This document shows, one piece after another, positions 1-11,448 of a DNA stretch of 64,000 nt (within the stretch, counting starts at the first letter, position 1; each line of letters starts with the position of its first letter). Under the pieces are notes generated by a model that saw nothing but the letters and a program-made list of their open reading frames with translations, did not search any database and had not been told where the DNA came from. The position numbers were made by a program, and so were the translations under genes. The DNA comes from Antedon mediterranea (lineage: Eukaryota; Animalia; Echinodermata). The DNA lies in the NCBI RefSeq assembly GCF_964355755.1, contig NC_092680.1:8618001-8682000 (forward strand), in the 5' to 3' direction.

Positions 1-929
1 TTGCTACAAATTTTTATTGTTTTCTATGTTTTTAAGAAAAACTAAAAACTTATGTTACTCTGAATTATGAAGAAATTGTTTAGTGTATCAGTTTTTGAGA
101 GATGTACTGTACCACAAAAACATGAAAATTGAAGATTAATCAAATCAGACTGTGAATAGGTTATTATATAGTTTTAATAACGTTAATTCCTTCCGTTAAA
201 AAAACGGGGAAAAAATAACGTTTGTCACATAAAATGACAACATTCAACTAAAGACCCATCGGCTGGCAATCAATTTGATTAATCTTTGGTTTAAATTACA
301 GTTTTTCAGGTAAATAACATTTTTTCGATTCAATTTTTATGGATAACTATTTTGTAACAATCAACAACAAACAATTTTTTTTCAGGGGGACAATAAATCT
401 TTAAATGTTTTAAAGATTAGATAATAGAAAAAAGGTTATGGATTGATGTTTCTTTGGCTTATGAGTTTTGTTTTCGTTTATTTTATAATCTCTCTAGAGA
501 TTTCTATCACTGTTCAAACACTTTTTTAAAATAATTTAATGAATCATATATGAGTGTAAAAATACTACATGCATTTATTATGCTTATCTACTAACAACAT
601 TTTTAAATATGTTTATGGCAGTAAAAGTGTCGAAAGCGGAGGTAATAAACGTGTCATTTTTAATAGTCTATTTATCGGCGGAAAGGACATTTCATATTAT
701 GGTGGTGGTGGCTTTACTCTTATGTTTTTGTTGTTTCAAAAATCTCTATTTTTTTTTTTTATATATATCTTTATATGCAATTGATCCTTGTAATAAGTTT
801 CCCAAGTATTTAATTTTACCATATTTCCTCATTTTTTTTAAATAAACATAGTCAACTAACGGTGACAAAACACAAAAGTCAAAATTAGGCACTGTCGCTT
901 GGTGGTTGACAAGTTTGTTTCAAATACTT

Positions 930-1092
930 GGGATTTTTCTCAATACCGCCACTACACCACAAATGAGACTTCGTTTCTCAATCTGTAATTGCTTATTCTT
1001 GTATTTACCATTGATGGTTTGAAGTGCAATTAATTTTGCGTCAAGACTAACACATGATCAGACACACGAATAATCGTCTGGGTCTAGCAATC
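930..1092. repeat. ~160-bp dispersed repeat, copy 1 (copy 2 at ~2510-2668)
   Basis: ggatttttctcaataccgccactacaccacaaat...caagactaacacatgatcagacacacgaataatcgtctg occurs at both positions in direct orientation with scattered substitutions. Confidence 0.8.
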
Positions 1093-4000
1093 ACCTGATA
1101 TAATTATTTAGTTACGTTCTATTCTATGTTTTACGTCTATCATTCAGTCTTACAATAAAAAGTCCCATTGCATCGGAAATCATAGATTAATTTTTGTTTG
1201 TTGGATAATGCATTAGTTGGACAATAAGCAAACAATTCATGGAGCCATATAAAGATTTTCACCTTCAAACAAAACTTTTCTTAAATCGTCATTAAGTCGT
1301 TTGCTAAAGTATTAATGTATTCGCAACCAGTAGTGAAAAACACCCCTTTGTTTCTAATAGTTCACACCACTATCCAAACATACTTGTTAGACGTCACTCA
1401 GAATTCTAGGTACCGTCAATTCAATGTAATTTAGTTATCTTAAGTTTGCATGAATCGTATAGTATGAGTGCCGGGTAAATTCCTTAACATTTTTACGCCT
1501 TTTTGTAGTTGGTTTTGTTAATTATTTACTCATTAGTAAAGTACTATTGTCTGGTTAAAGACTTGTGAAAGGAACCTTAATTAATGGTCACAATAATGAA
1601 TAAGTGATTCTTGAGAATTTGTTGATTGGCAACCGTTAATGTTTCAAATGTGTGTTATAATACCAGGTGGATTGTGGGTAATGAGTAAAGGGCACCCCCA
1701 TCGCCTTGCAAAAGAAAGAGAGAAAACGATTTCAATCTATAGGCCTAGCCATCCATGTATCACAACATGGTTTTAATAGTAGATTAAGTCCAACTTAAAA
1801 TTCATGAGTTAGATATTTTTAGAAATAATTTGCGTATGTTTCGTAACAACATTAGTAGAACTGTGTCGTTTGTCTGTGTTCCCCTCCTGTAAATTGGTAA
1901 ACTTTGAGTTTGTTGGCTTGGAAAATAAATGAATATAAATAAATAAAAACGAAATTTGCTTTACTATACTTCATTACTAAGGTCAGTAATATTCTAACTC
2001 AAATTAATGTAACCTCGCTGGTTTTCCTTTCCTTTCCTTTTAGAAATGTAGGCCTATATTATTCCTACAACCACAATTTTTTTAATGTTATTGAGTAACG
2101 ATAAACATTTTAATGATTTCCGCTAGTCGGAACATCACATAAATATCTTATAATATTACCGGTATGTTATAAGTAATATATCACCAGCAGAAAAAATATG
2201 CCAAACCTCTGACTGAACAAAAAACTACAATAAAATGTAAATACAAATTGATCAGACTAGTTCCTTGTGTTATTTGTCTTTTTAGAAAAATGTCATTGTA
2301 AATTGTTTATTATTACAAAAATCATTATTTGTGTATTGTTATTAAAACTTTAATTTTGATATTCTTGTGTTGAATGAAAGATTGCAACCAATTTTATTTT
2401 CATGTCGTATTCAAAAATCCAGAGGCATATTCAATGCGGCTCGACAACATATAGTAGGATGAAACACAAACACAACAACCCCTAAATCTCCTAATCTTGT
2501 ATTAATTTCAGGATTTTTCTCAATACCGCCACTACACCACAAATGGGACTTTTCCATCCTGTAATTGCCGATTCTTGTATTTAGTATTGATGGTTTGAAG
2601 TGGAATCAATTTTGCTTCAAGACTAACACATGATCAGACACACGAATAATCGTCTGCGTGTAGCAATTTCCTAATTGTGTCCCTTCCGGTGTCATTGATA
2701 CAACAAAAACTTCATACTTTTTTACGTGGCCTATTGCCGGCGCTTACCTTGTGTTACAAAGATCCATCTTTTAACTTGTATAGGGAAAATAATGAATCGA
2801 ATTCATGCATGTAGGGTTATATCCGCCTGTTAAAGTTATATTAGTGAATTTATAATATTACGTAATGTATTTAATTCGTATTATGATCAATTAACGGTCC
2901 TTACAACTTTACGTATGCCGAGGTAAGGAGTTTAGTGGTGATCGTTGCTATCCAATTGGATTTCAACATACCATGGAAGCGCGCCTCAATGATCTAATAG
3001 TTATGTATGCATAAAAAGCAGAATATTCCGGGTTCGAATCTCGTTTGTGTGCCTTTCTCTCTCACTCCTTCTTTTATGAATTATTGTTTTATATTTGTTT
3101 GATTCGGGAACAACAAGTTTATTGTACTCAGTTGATGGTTCAACGTACAACTGTCCTCCTACAAGTTAACTCGTGGTCATCAAAATATGTATGAATACAC
3201 GTATAAAATGTAATTATCGTTCGTATAACCCTTTAAACATTTTCTTTATTCTCTATTATTCTTTATTCACAAAAAATTTAATAATATGGTATTCTTATTA
3301 AGAAACTAAGGTCTAAGGTATTTTTAATACTTTCGCGTGCGCATTAATGTATACTTATAATGACTATTACTATTATAAATTGTAGTTTGAAAAGATATGA
3401 CGTTAGAATTAAACTGTAAGATAATGAAGATGTCAGTGAGTTCGGTGTTTCGCTGAGTTTAATATTAACTTATATAATACATTCGATAAAGAAAGTGATT
3501 AATTATTACTGTATATATTTTCATTCATTGGTAGGCTTATTTTCGATTATTCTATTCACGGAAATAAAGTATTGGAATTTAGAGAGGACGAACTTTCACA
3601 TATATAATTCCCGGGGATGGTGTAATTTACAATATTAATATTTTTGCTTAATCGAAGGTAGTAAAACAGTGATTAAAAGCGAAAAACTGAAGCTTTAATT
3701 ATCAAACAAAAAAAGGTCTATATTTTTTTTCTTATTTTTTTCTGACATTGAGGGCGCTAAACATAAAATTTAGAATACAAGTGGCGTAAAGACACAGATA
3801 AAAAGGTGTTGTGGTAGCGCTAGCTAGTATAGCTTTAACTCTATTCCACCACGACCGGCATGGCATCAAACCCACAACACGACGCTAGGTCATGAATACC
3901 AATCGGACGGACGTAAACGTACGATGAATTACGTAATATAAAGCATGTATAAATGGACTATAGTTATACACTGTCGTAACGTGTAATGCTCCGTTTTGCC

Positions 4001-4265
4001 TACTCTACTGTATGCTTGGGTTCGAATCTCTGCATGCAGCTTTAGTATTTTAATGGAAAATAAATATTGTTTTTCTTTTATTGAAAGAGGTTTGTGATTC
4101 CCAGCGTCATATAATGAATTAACAGTCATAATCACTATCTAATTACAGTAATCGCCATATAGAGGATGCCTCTTGCCACCTTAGGAATTTTGTCACAATA
4201 GCCGGTTGACTCAATCAAATCGGTTTGGATTCATTTCAGCGCATTAGCATTTTGATCAATGTTAA

Positions 4266-4891
4266 AGACCCCTTCCCTGCAATTTTGGACGTTTTTTGGA
4301 AAATAATACATATATATCACTTTAAAAACATTAAACCATGTCATTCCTTGTCTTAAATGTACGTTTTATGGTAAATTATGATAAAAAGTGAGAAACAATG
4401 CACTACCTAAGTAGCTCGCGGCGATCGACCTCTCGTGGACGGTCTTAGGCCTAGCCTAGCTAGGCTTAGTTTTGTAGGCCTAGCTGTTAAACATCGGTAA
4501 CGTACGAACATCGTACGCTACCTATATACCTAGCCTGACGTTGTATAGTTGCTGCATTAATTGTCTTTCTATTTTTGCCAGACTCCGTTGATACAAATTG
4601 GGGAAAACCCGGTATTTTCGCTGAAAAGTTAGGAGTCTTCCATTTGTTTTGGCCTCACGATCGATCGAAAAGTGGGCGAATTACAGGTGAAAAACAAAAA
4701 TATCAATCCGCGCGCAATGCATTTTGGGATTTATAGCGGGCCGCTATAATTATTAGAATCGACTTATTTTTCACATTTTTAACCGTTTAAAGACGAAAAA
4801 AGTTATTGCAATAGGACCATATAGTATTATTTTTACATTAAATATAGTTTGTGATCTTAAATTAGATCTAAAAAACGTAGGGAATGGGGCT
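4266..4891. mobile_element. Non-autonomous DNA transposon with TTAA target site (Kolobok-like)
   Basis: ttaa|agacccc-ttccctgc ... cgtagggaatggggct|ttaa: imperfect terminal inverted repeats, AG...CT termini, TTAA on both sides, no ORF. Confidence 0.65.
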
Positions 4892-5672
4892 TTAACATAT
4901 TTTCTTAAAATATATAAAAAGGCACAAATTAGCTCAAAATAGAAAAAAACAAATCAAAGTACAGTAAGTGAAAAAAAAATTTAAAATTCATATTATATTA
5001 CGTCATTTCATGATCATTCTATTCGTTATGTCATAAATATGCATAATGAACGTCATTATGATGAAACTAAAGTATAAACAAGACTGATTCATTATTGTAA
5101 TTGTTTTATAAATTATTACTAATACTAAAATTAAGCATTTGTTTGTGGCTCGCGCTGTTGTATTTTATAATTGTGTTCTGTTGAATCACCCCCGTAGTCA
5201 TAGGTTGCATGAATTGCATGCACTTCGGTAACATTCATTATTTGTCACTATGATTTGAGTGAAAAATAAATGAGAGTCAGACACTAATAATCTTCTGTCA
5301 GTGACGTATGTACGAGCGTACAAAAAAGACCTATGCTCACAAATCAACTGTCAAACAAATGAAATGTGTTGTACTGTTTATTTGTTAGGGAGACCTCTAT
5401 CACGCACACCAGGCAGAGAGGGCGCTGCACACACATGTGCTATCCATTCATGCGTGCAAAAAAACAAATTTGGCCGAATCATACTAGGGCTAGCCTCCTT
5501 ATTAGGCCCAGCTAGGTAAATCACTTTTTTGTTTTTCCGGTAGGTAGGCCTATGCCTAATAGTTAGTACTAGCTTAATAATAAATTAGGCTAGGCCTAGT
5601 AGTAGGCCTAGACACAAGCTAGCCTAGGCCTAGTAGTTTAAGTAGTAGTAGGCTAGTAGTAGAGTAGTAGGC

Positions 5673-6553
5673 CGCTAGTTCCGTTTCGCACCTGTCGTTT
5701 ATTTCGACTCAAAATTGGTTAAGTAACTTTATCGTGAGTACCACACCTTAATAGAATTAGGCCTCAAAAATACTTTTACGAAGGAGATCACACAAAAAGT
5801 AAAAAATAAATCCTTTTATTTAGATTGATGAATTTACAGACGTGTTTCCCGCACATCGGTTTGTGAATTTCGCATACTCCATGTTCAATGTTGTTGTTTC
5901 TATGGAGCGCCAAAAGAGCAATCATAACAGAGGGCTAAAAACTCAGTAAATTGCGTATATTTAATGCATTTATTGGTGAAAATTACGTTCAATTTTATCA
6001 TATTTTATCAATGTCAATGCAACAAAAATATTACTGTTGATACTGTACATGGTTTTTGCAGGAACTTTTAGGAATGTACTGCATGCTGTACCTGATCTAG
6101 GCCTAAATAATAATAATATTCCTCTTAGTCTATATATAGTCTTACTCTTAGTTAGGCCTAGGGTTGGTTGCTATTTGAAAACAGCAAATTATTAGCAGTA
6201 AAATGTTAAAGCATTTTTATTGACAAAATATATTAAAATTAAACGTGTATTTCAATAATAAATGCATTAAAAGAAGACGCATTCCACTGAGTTTTTAACC
6301 ATCTATTGTTGTTGCTCTTTTGGCACTCCATAGAAACGAAAATATTGAACTTCGAGTATGCTAAATTCGCGAACGGTATGCGAGAAACATGTCTGTAAAA
6401 TCATAAGGACTTATTTGTTACTTTTTATGTGATTCTTCTTCATAAAAGTACTTATGAGGCCCAATTTTAAGGTGTGGTATTCACAATAAGTTGCTTAACA
6501 ATTTGGAGTCAAAAGGAAGTCGAAATAAAAACAGGTGCGAAACGGAACTAGCG
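5673..6553. mobile_element. Long-inverted-repeat MITE/foldback element (arms ~300 bp)
   Basis: cgctagttccgtttcgcacctg...gagtaccacacctta...atggagcgccaaaagagcaa is mirrored by ttgctcttttggcactccat...taaggtgtggtattc...caggtgcgaaacggaactagcg; same family as 7749-8420. Confidence 0.8.
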
Positions 6554-7653
6554 CCGCCTAGCTAGGCCTGGGCCTAGGCAGGCTAGTGTAGTTACAGTAG
6601 TACTAGTAAATAATACGAGTCCTCCTAAATACAAAGACCTACCTAGCTACGCAATACGGACATTGTGACGCAATGGCATCAACTCAGTTCGTTTCGCGAA
6701 CACGAAGCTTGTCGATTAATTAACATTTTTGGTGTCTATATCATGCTAAAATTGATTGATGTTTTATTGATGGAAATGCTATTAGTAGTCTACCATATTT
6801 CATTAAATTAACACTTTAAATTGACAGGTCTTGGTATTTAGGAGGACCCGATAATACTACTCCTCTACTAGCTATTCTAGTAGTAGTATAGTTGGCCTAC
6901 TACTCTAGGCCTTATACTATAGAATAACCTATAATCCGGTGGCAGAAGGGGACAAATAATAATAAAAACATTTTTTTTAAATTTGATGTTTTCTCATCCT
7001 GTTAATCAATCATACGCAATGTAAGGTAAAAAGTTGTCCAAACTATGATTAATATCAATGGTTTTACAAGTAATCAAATTATTTGATCAGTAAAGTTGTG
7101 TTATTTCATTATAAATTCATCAAATCAGATTTAAAATGTTAGGCTGACCTTGAAAAAAATAAATGGTTAAAGCACAAGTTATTATAAAACTTTTCAAAAT
7201 TCATTGACATTTTGCAAAGATTGGTCAGAACATGGTTGCAGGCCTGCAATATTCATTTTGAGGCAATAAACTATCTGTGGCTAATATCGAGGCTAATATA
7301 AAAATTGTGGTCTGTCTGTGTAGTGAGTTGTGGGTTCCAGTTTTTATTAGCCAATGAAAGTGAAAATCTGAAGCATTATTGACCAAGATTATAGATCTGA
7401 GTAAATGTGTCATCAACTAGGAAAAAGTGGTCTCTTAGTCTTATGAAAGAAGGTAATCATTAAAACATTTGAAACATACAGTATTTGCAGAACTTGGCAA
7501 TGAGTGACAAACATATTCTTAGATAACGTTTCTACAAGCTTCAACATTGCTTTTTTGCTCTCTAAGGTTTATAAACCATACAGTGACGAATCCAAGATAT
7601 GCAATAAATAGAAAGAGATGCGAATTGAAATGGTGAAGTTAACCTATTGTTGC

Positions 7654-8741
7654 GGGTGTCACGAAACCTAAGACCACGAAAGCTAAGACCCCCTAAGACC
7701 TAAGATCACGAAAGCTAAGACCCAACACTCTAAGATTACAAATATTTATCTTTCGCACCTGCCTTGTATTTTAACTCCAAACATTTATTCTGAATACCAC
7801 ACCTTAGAATTGGCACTTTCATGAAAAAGAATCACATAAAAAGTAACAAATACATTTTTAAATTGATGATTTTACAGACGTTTTTCTCACACACAAAATG
7901 ACTAGCCTACAGTACAGGGTGGACCCAGTACAGTAGGCCTACCCCATGTTCAATGTTTTTGTTTCTATGGAACGTCAAAAGAGCAAACATTATATAGAGG
8001 GCTGAAAACTCTGTGGAGTCCATCTACAGTGTGGATGGAACAATGTAAAATTAAAATTGTAATGATAATAGTATAATCATGCAAGTACGAAGAAATAAAT
8101 ACTGGCAAATAAATTTTAATTTAAAAATCATGATAAGTTTTTTTGTTTTGTTTTCTTTCTGTTTTTATACTTGTACTATTATTGTTGCTCTTTTGGCGCT
8201 CCATAGAAACAAAAACATTGAGCATGGAGCTCGAGGAGTTACATTACAATATACAAAGAAACACATCTGTAAAATCATCAATTTAAAGGATTTATTTATT
8301 TGTTATTATGTGTTTCTCCTTCTGAAAGTACTTATAAGTCCTAATTTTAAAGTGTGGTGTTCAGGATAAAGTTAGTCAACAAATTTGGAGTCAAAATACA
8401 AGAAAGGCAGGTGCGTAAGAAAAACATCCTCTGAACCAACACAATGGAGTAAATATATACCAACAAACAACCCGTCAAGTTTGTTTGTTGTAAAGAAAAA
8501 ATATACATTTACTCAACGGGCGAAAATAATGTGAGTTTATCTATGTTTTGCGGTAGTATTAAATTATATTTATGGTAATAAATTAAACCTACTGTGTTTA
8601 AAATTATGTATGGATAAACAAGTATTGTTTTTAAGCTGTAGTATATCTTAGTATTTGTAATCTTAGGTGTTGGGTCTTAGCTTTCATGATCTTAGGTCTT
8701 AGGGGGTCTGAGCTTTCGTGTTCTTAGGTTTCGTGACACCC
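7654..8741. mobile_element. MULE-like non-autonomous element with 9-10 bp target-site duplication
   Basis: TIR gggtgtcacgaaacctaaga / tcttaggtttcgtgacaccc with subterminal ctaagac repeats; flanked by direct repeat ctattgttgc (7644-7653 and 8742-8751). Confidence 0.85.
7749..8420. mobile_element. Long-inverted-repeat MITE (same family as 5673-6553) nested in the 7654-8741 element
   Basis: tctttcgcacctgccttgtatttt...gaataccacacctt mirrored by aagtgtggtgttc...aaaatacaagaaaggcaggtgcgtaaga. Confidence 0.75.
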
Positions 8742-9789
8742 CTATTGTTGCATTGTCAAAATTAAAGGTGGAGGAAACTTGGATCTGCCTATGCTACACC
8801 TCACGCATAATGCATGAGTCTCAATGAGGGCCAATTTTGTATATACGTAGCTATTTCTCGCGCATCCATAACAAATATTCAGAAAAACATTATTTTGAAA
8901 TTAAAACTGAAAAAGTTGGCAGGTATACTATGCCCTATCATGTGGACGATGAATAGTAGTTTATTGCCCAAAACGACCTATAGATGTCAAATGGTGTATG
9001 ATGAATCTGCTCTTTTGATTGTGTATGATAGATTGATGTCTTAACAGAATGATAAAGGATCACATTTTTGTCTTAAATGTTAGTTTTTATTTGGTTTTAA
9101 CTTTTATGCAAATTTTGTGATTGGTTAATTGCAAAGGATTTTTTTTTATAAGGTGACTGAATAGATACCTATAACCATACAAGTTTTGAAAGACCAAATT
9201 GAACATTGACCCCTCATATCTTGAAAACGCTTCCTATCCTGATTGATTACGAACCATATTCGTAATCTATGGAAAATTCTGGTCTAGAAAACTTGGATGG
9301 CAATTTGTCCCTTTTGTATGGTGATTCCTGCCTCCTGCCACCGGAATACTAGGCCTAGTTAGTATTAAGTAGGCCCTGGAGGTGCATGGACTTTCGCACC
9401 ACACTCTCTTGAGTTACCCAATTTAAAAACATTCACCCGCTGCTCGGCAGGTGATGTTGAGAGACCGTAAAAAAAAAAGTTTTAGATGCGAAACTGCAGT
9501 AGCGCCTAGGCATAGTCTAGTAGTAGTTAGGCTAGTGTATATAGCATTAAAGGTCTAATTTTTATCAATCTGGTGATGATTGGGTCTGCGGGTAATTGGG
9601 TTTTAAAAATTGGCGGCCAGATCGTCTATCTTACTATCATCAGGGATCCAGTGAAGTCAGCCATTCACAAAGTCAGCCATTTGCAAAGTTGTTCCTTTCC
9701 AAAATCATTTAAACCAAACAAAATTTAAACACTCAATTTCAAAATTCAGGATGTGACGTGATAATATAATAATACCCAACCAGTTTAGT

Positions 9790-10295
9790 TTAATTCACTC
9801 CCTGCTTCTCAAGCCTCCAGAATTGATCGGACCAATAACAAGTTCTTGCGCTTTGTCGGCCCAACAGCCAACCTGCCTCCTATTGTTTCCCCGACATCTA
9901 GGAGAGCAAGATAGGACTTGCACTTCCTGTATAAATGTCTTACTTCTAAGTTTGATTGTGATCTTGTTTCGTTGTTTTATTTTAATGTTCCTGTTCGTAA
10001 TCTTCGTAGTAAACCCTTTCTTCATGTTAAATTTTCTCGTGTCAATGTTTGTAAAAATGGTATTTTCTGTAGACTCTCGTCATTGTACAATTCTTGTCTT
10101 TTAAAAAATAATTCTTTAGATATTTTTAACTGTAATTTTTCTCAATTTAAATGTATTATTAATGAAATTATTTAAATTTTCTTTTTCATTTGTATATATT
10201 TATATTGGCTCATATTTTATAGTTTAGTTTTTATTTTCAACCTGTTATTGGTGTTTTACACTGTTGGTTTGATATAAAGAATAAATATAAAGAAA
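9790..10295 (+). mobile_element. 5'-truncated CR1/L2-group LINE 3' end (decayed ORF2 C-terminus)
   Basis: Translation ...RIDRTNNKFLRF...LPPIV...RRAR*DLHFLYKCL...FNVPVRNLRS...RLSSLYN...LDIFNCNFSQFK resembles the post-RT tail of these LINEs; one in-frame stop; AT-rich 3' UTR ending in aataaa. Confidence 0.6.
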
Positions 10296-10320
10296 GTAAA
10301 TATAATTTACAAACATCTTA

Positions 10321-10613
10321 AGCCTGGTTTCCATAAAATCGCTACACCGTGTCGCCGACTGCTGTCGCCGACAGAGCGTAGCGATTCTATGGAAATGCTA
10401 GAATTTATCAGGGATCTAGTACGCGAGCGCTAAATATTCTTTGGTACACGCGTATACGACTCATCGCCGACAAAATCAGCAAAGTTGAACATGGTTGAAC
10501 TTTGCCGATTTGTCTGCGATGAATCGGGGAGACCTCCCCGATGCGCGTCGGCGACATGTGCGCGTGTAGCGATTTCAATGGAAACGGTGTAGCGATTTTA
10601 TGGAAACCAGGCT
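10321..10613. mobile_element. PIF/Harbinger-type MITE
   Basis: 30-bp TIR agcctggtttccataaaatcgctacaccgt / acggtgtagcgattttatggaaaccaggct; TTA on both flanks. Confidence 0.85.
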
Positions 10614-11448
10614 TTACTATTTTTAAATAGCCATAATTTAATATTGGATTTCCCTGAATTAAAAAATTGTTTAAAATATAATATGCACACATAGTTAAAT
10701 ACTATAAATAAACAAAAATGTAATTTTCTAAAATTAGCACTTGCATAAAACGTATTTCTGAATTTGTAAAAATGATTGTAAGTTGTATTCTTCTATTGAA
10801 CCCGAATAGATCTGTCTTAATCTTAATCTTAATCTTAATCTTACTCAATAAATATGATTTATTTTAATCACAAATAAATACTATAATTTACACTTAAAGT
10901 ATTATTAATATAAAAATCAATTTTCCAAAGTAATTATTAAAATAACCTGCACCATCTAAACTGTAAACAATATGGGGTTTTTTTTTCTTTATTGTCCTGC
11001 TACTCCATTATATGCTAATAAGGTGATGTCATTTCTAAATATAGACATTATGTTTTTGTTACACTGTGTCTGTCGTATTGTAAACAAATAGCCATCACAA
11101 CTCACTAGAGTAACTACAATCAGAGCACAGTAAGTAGGTACATAGGTATTACACTATGCAACACTTAATAAATTCTTTGTTTTGCTTTTTAATGTTAAAA
11201 AAAAAATATTGTATTATACCATTTTAGCTAGAGTATTTTTGTATTGTTTTGTTTAATATTTATTTTTGTATGTAAGTTTTAACAACAGTGATAAGATCTT
11301 AATTTGTTTTAATTTTTCAAAGAAATTAATTTTCTTTTTTTATGTTTCAGATATGAAATAAAAAAGTCTTGTATCTCATCTCTCAGTGAAAAGAAAACGA
11401 AATCTGATTTTATTGAAACTTTCTTTGAAAAAAAAACATTTATTGAAC

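Larger units (their letters stand above)
6934..9347. mobile_element. Non-autonomous DNA element, outer layer of a triple nest
   Basis: tccggtggcagaaggggacaaat at ~6935 and atttgtccc...cctcctgccaccgga at ~9303-9345 are inverted termini. Confidence 0.55.

Noticed and set aside
2960-3060. B-box-like ggttcgaatc (also near 4019)
   Set aside because: No foldable cloverleaf; at most a decayed SINE head
569-9044. Short ORFs of 60-96 aa in the first 9 kb
   Set aside because: AT-rich or repeat-derived, with no homology or consistent splice signals
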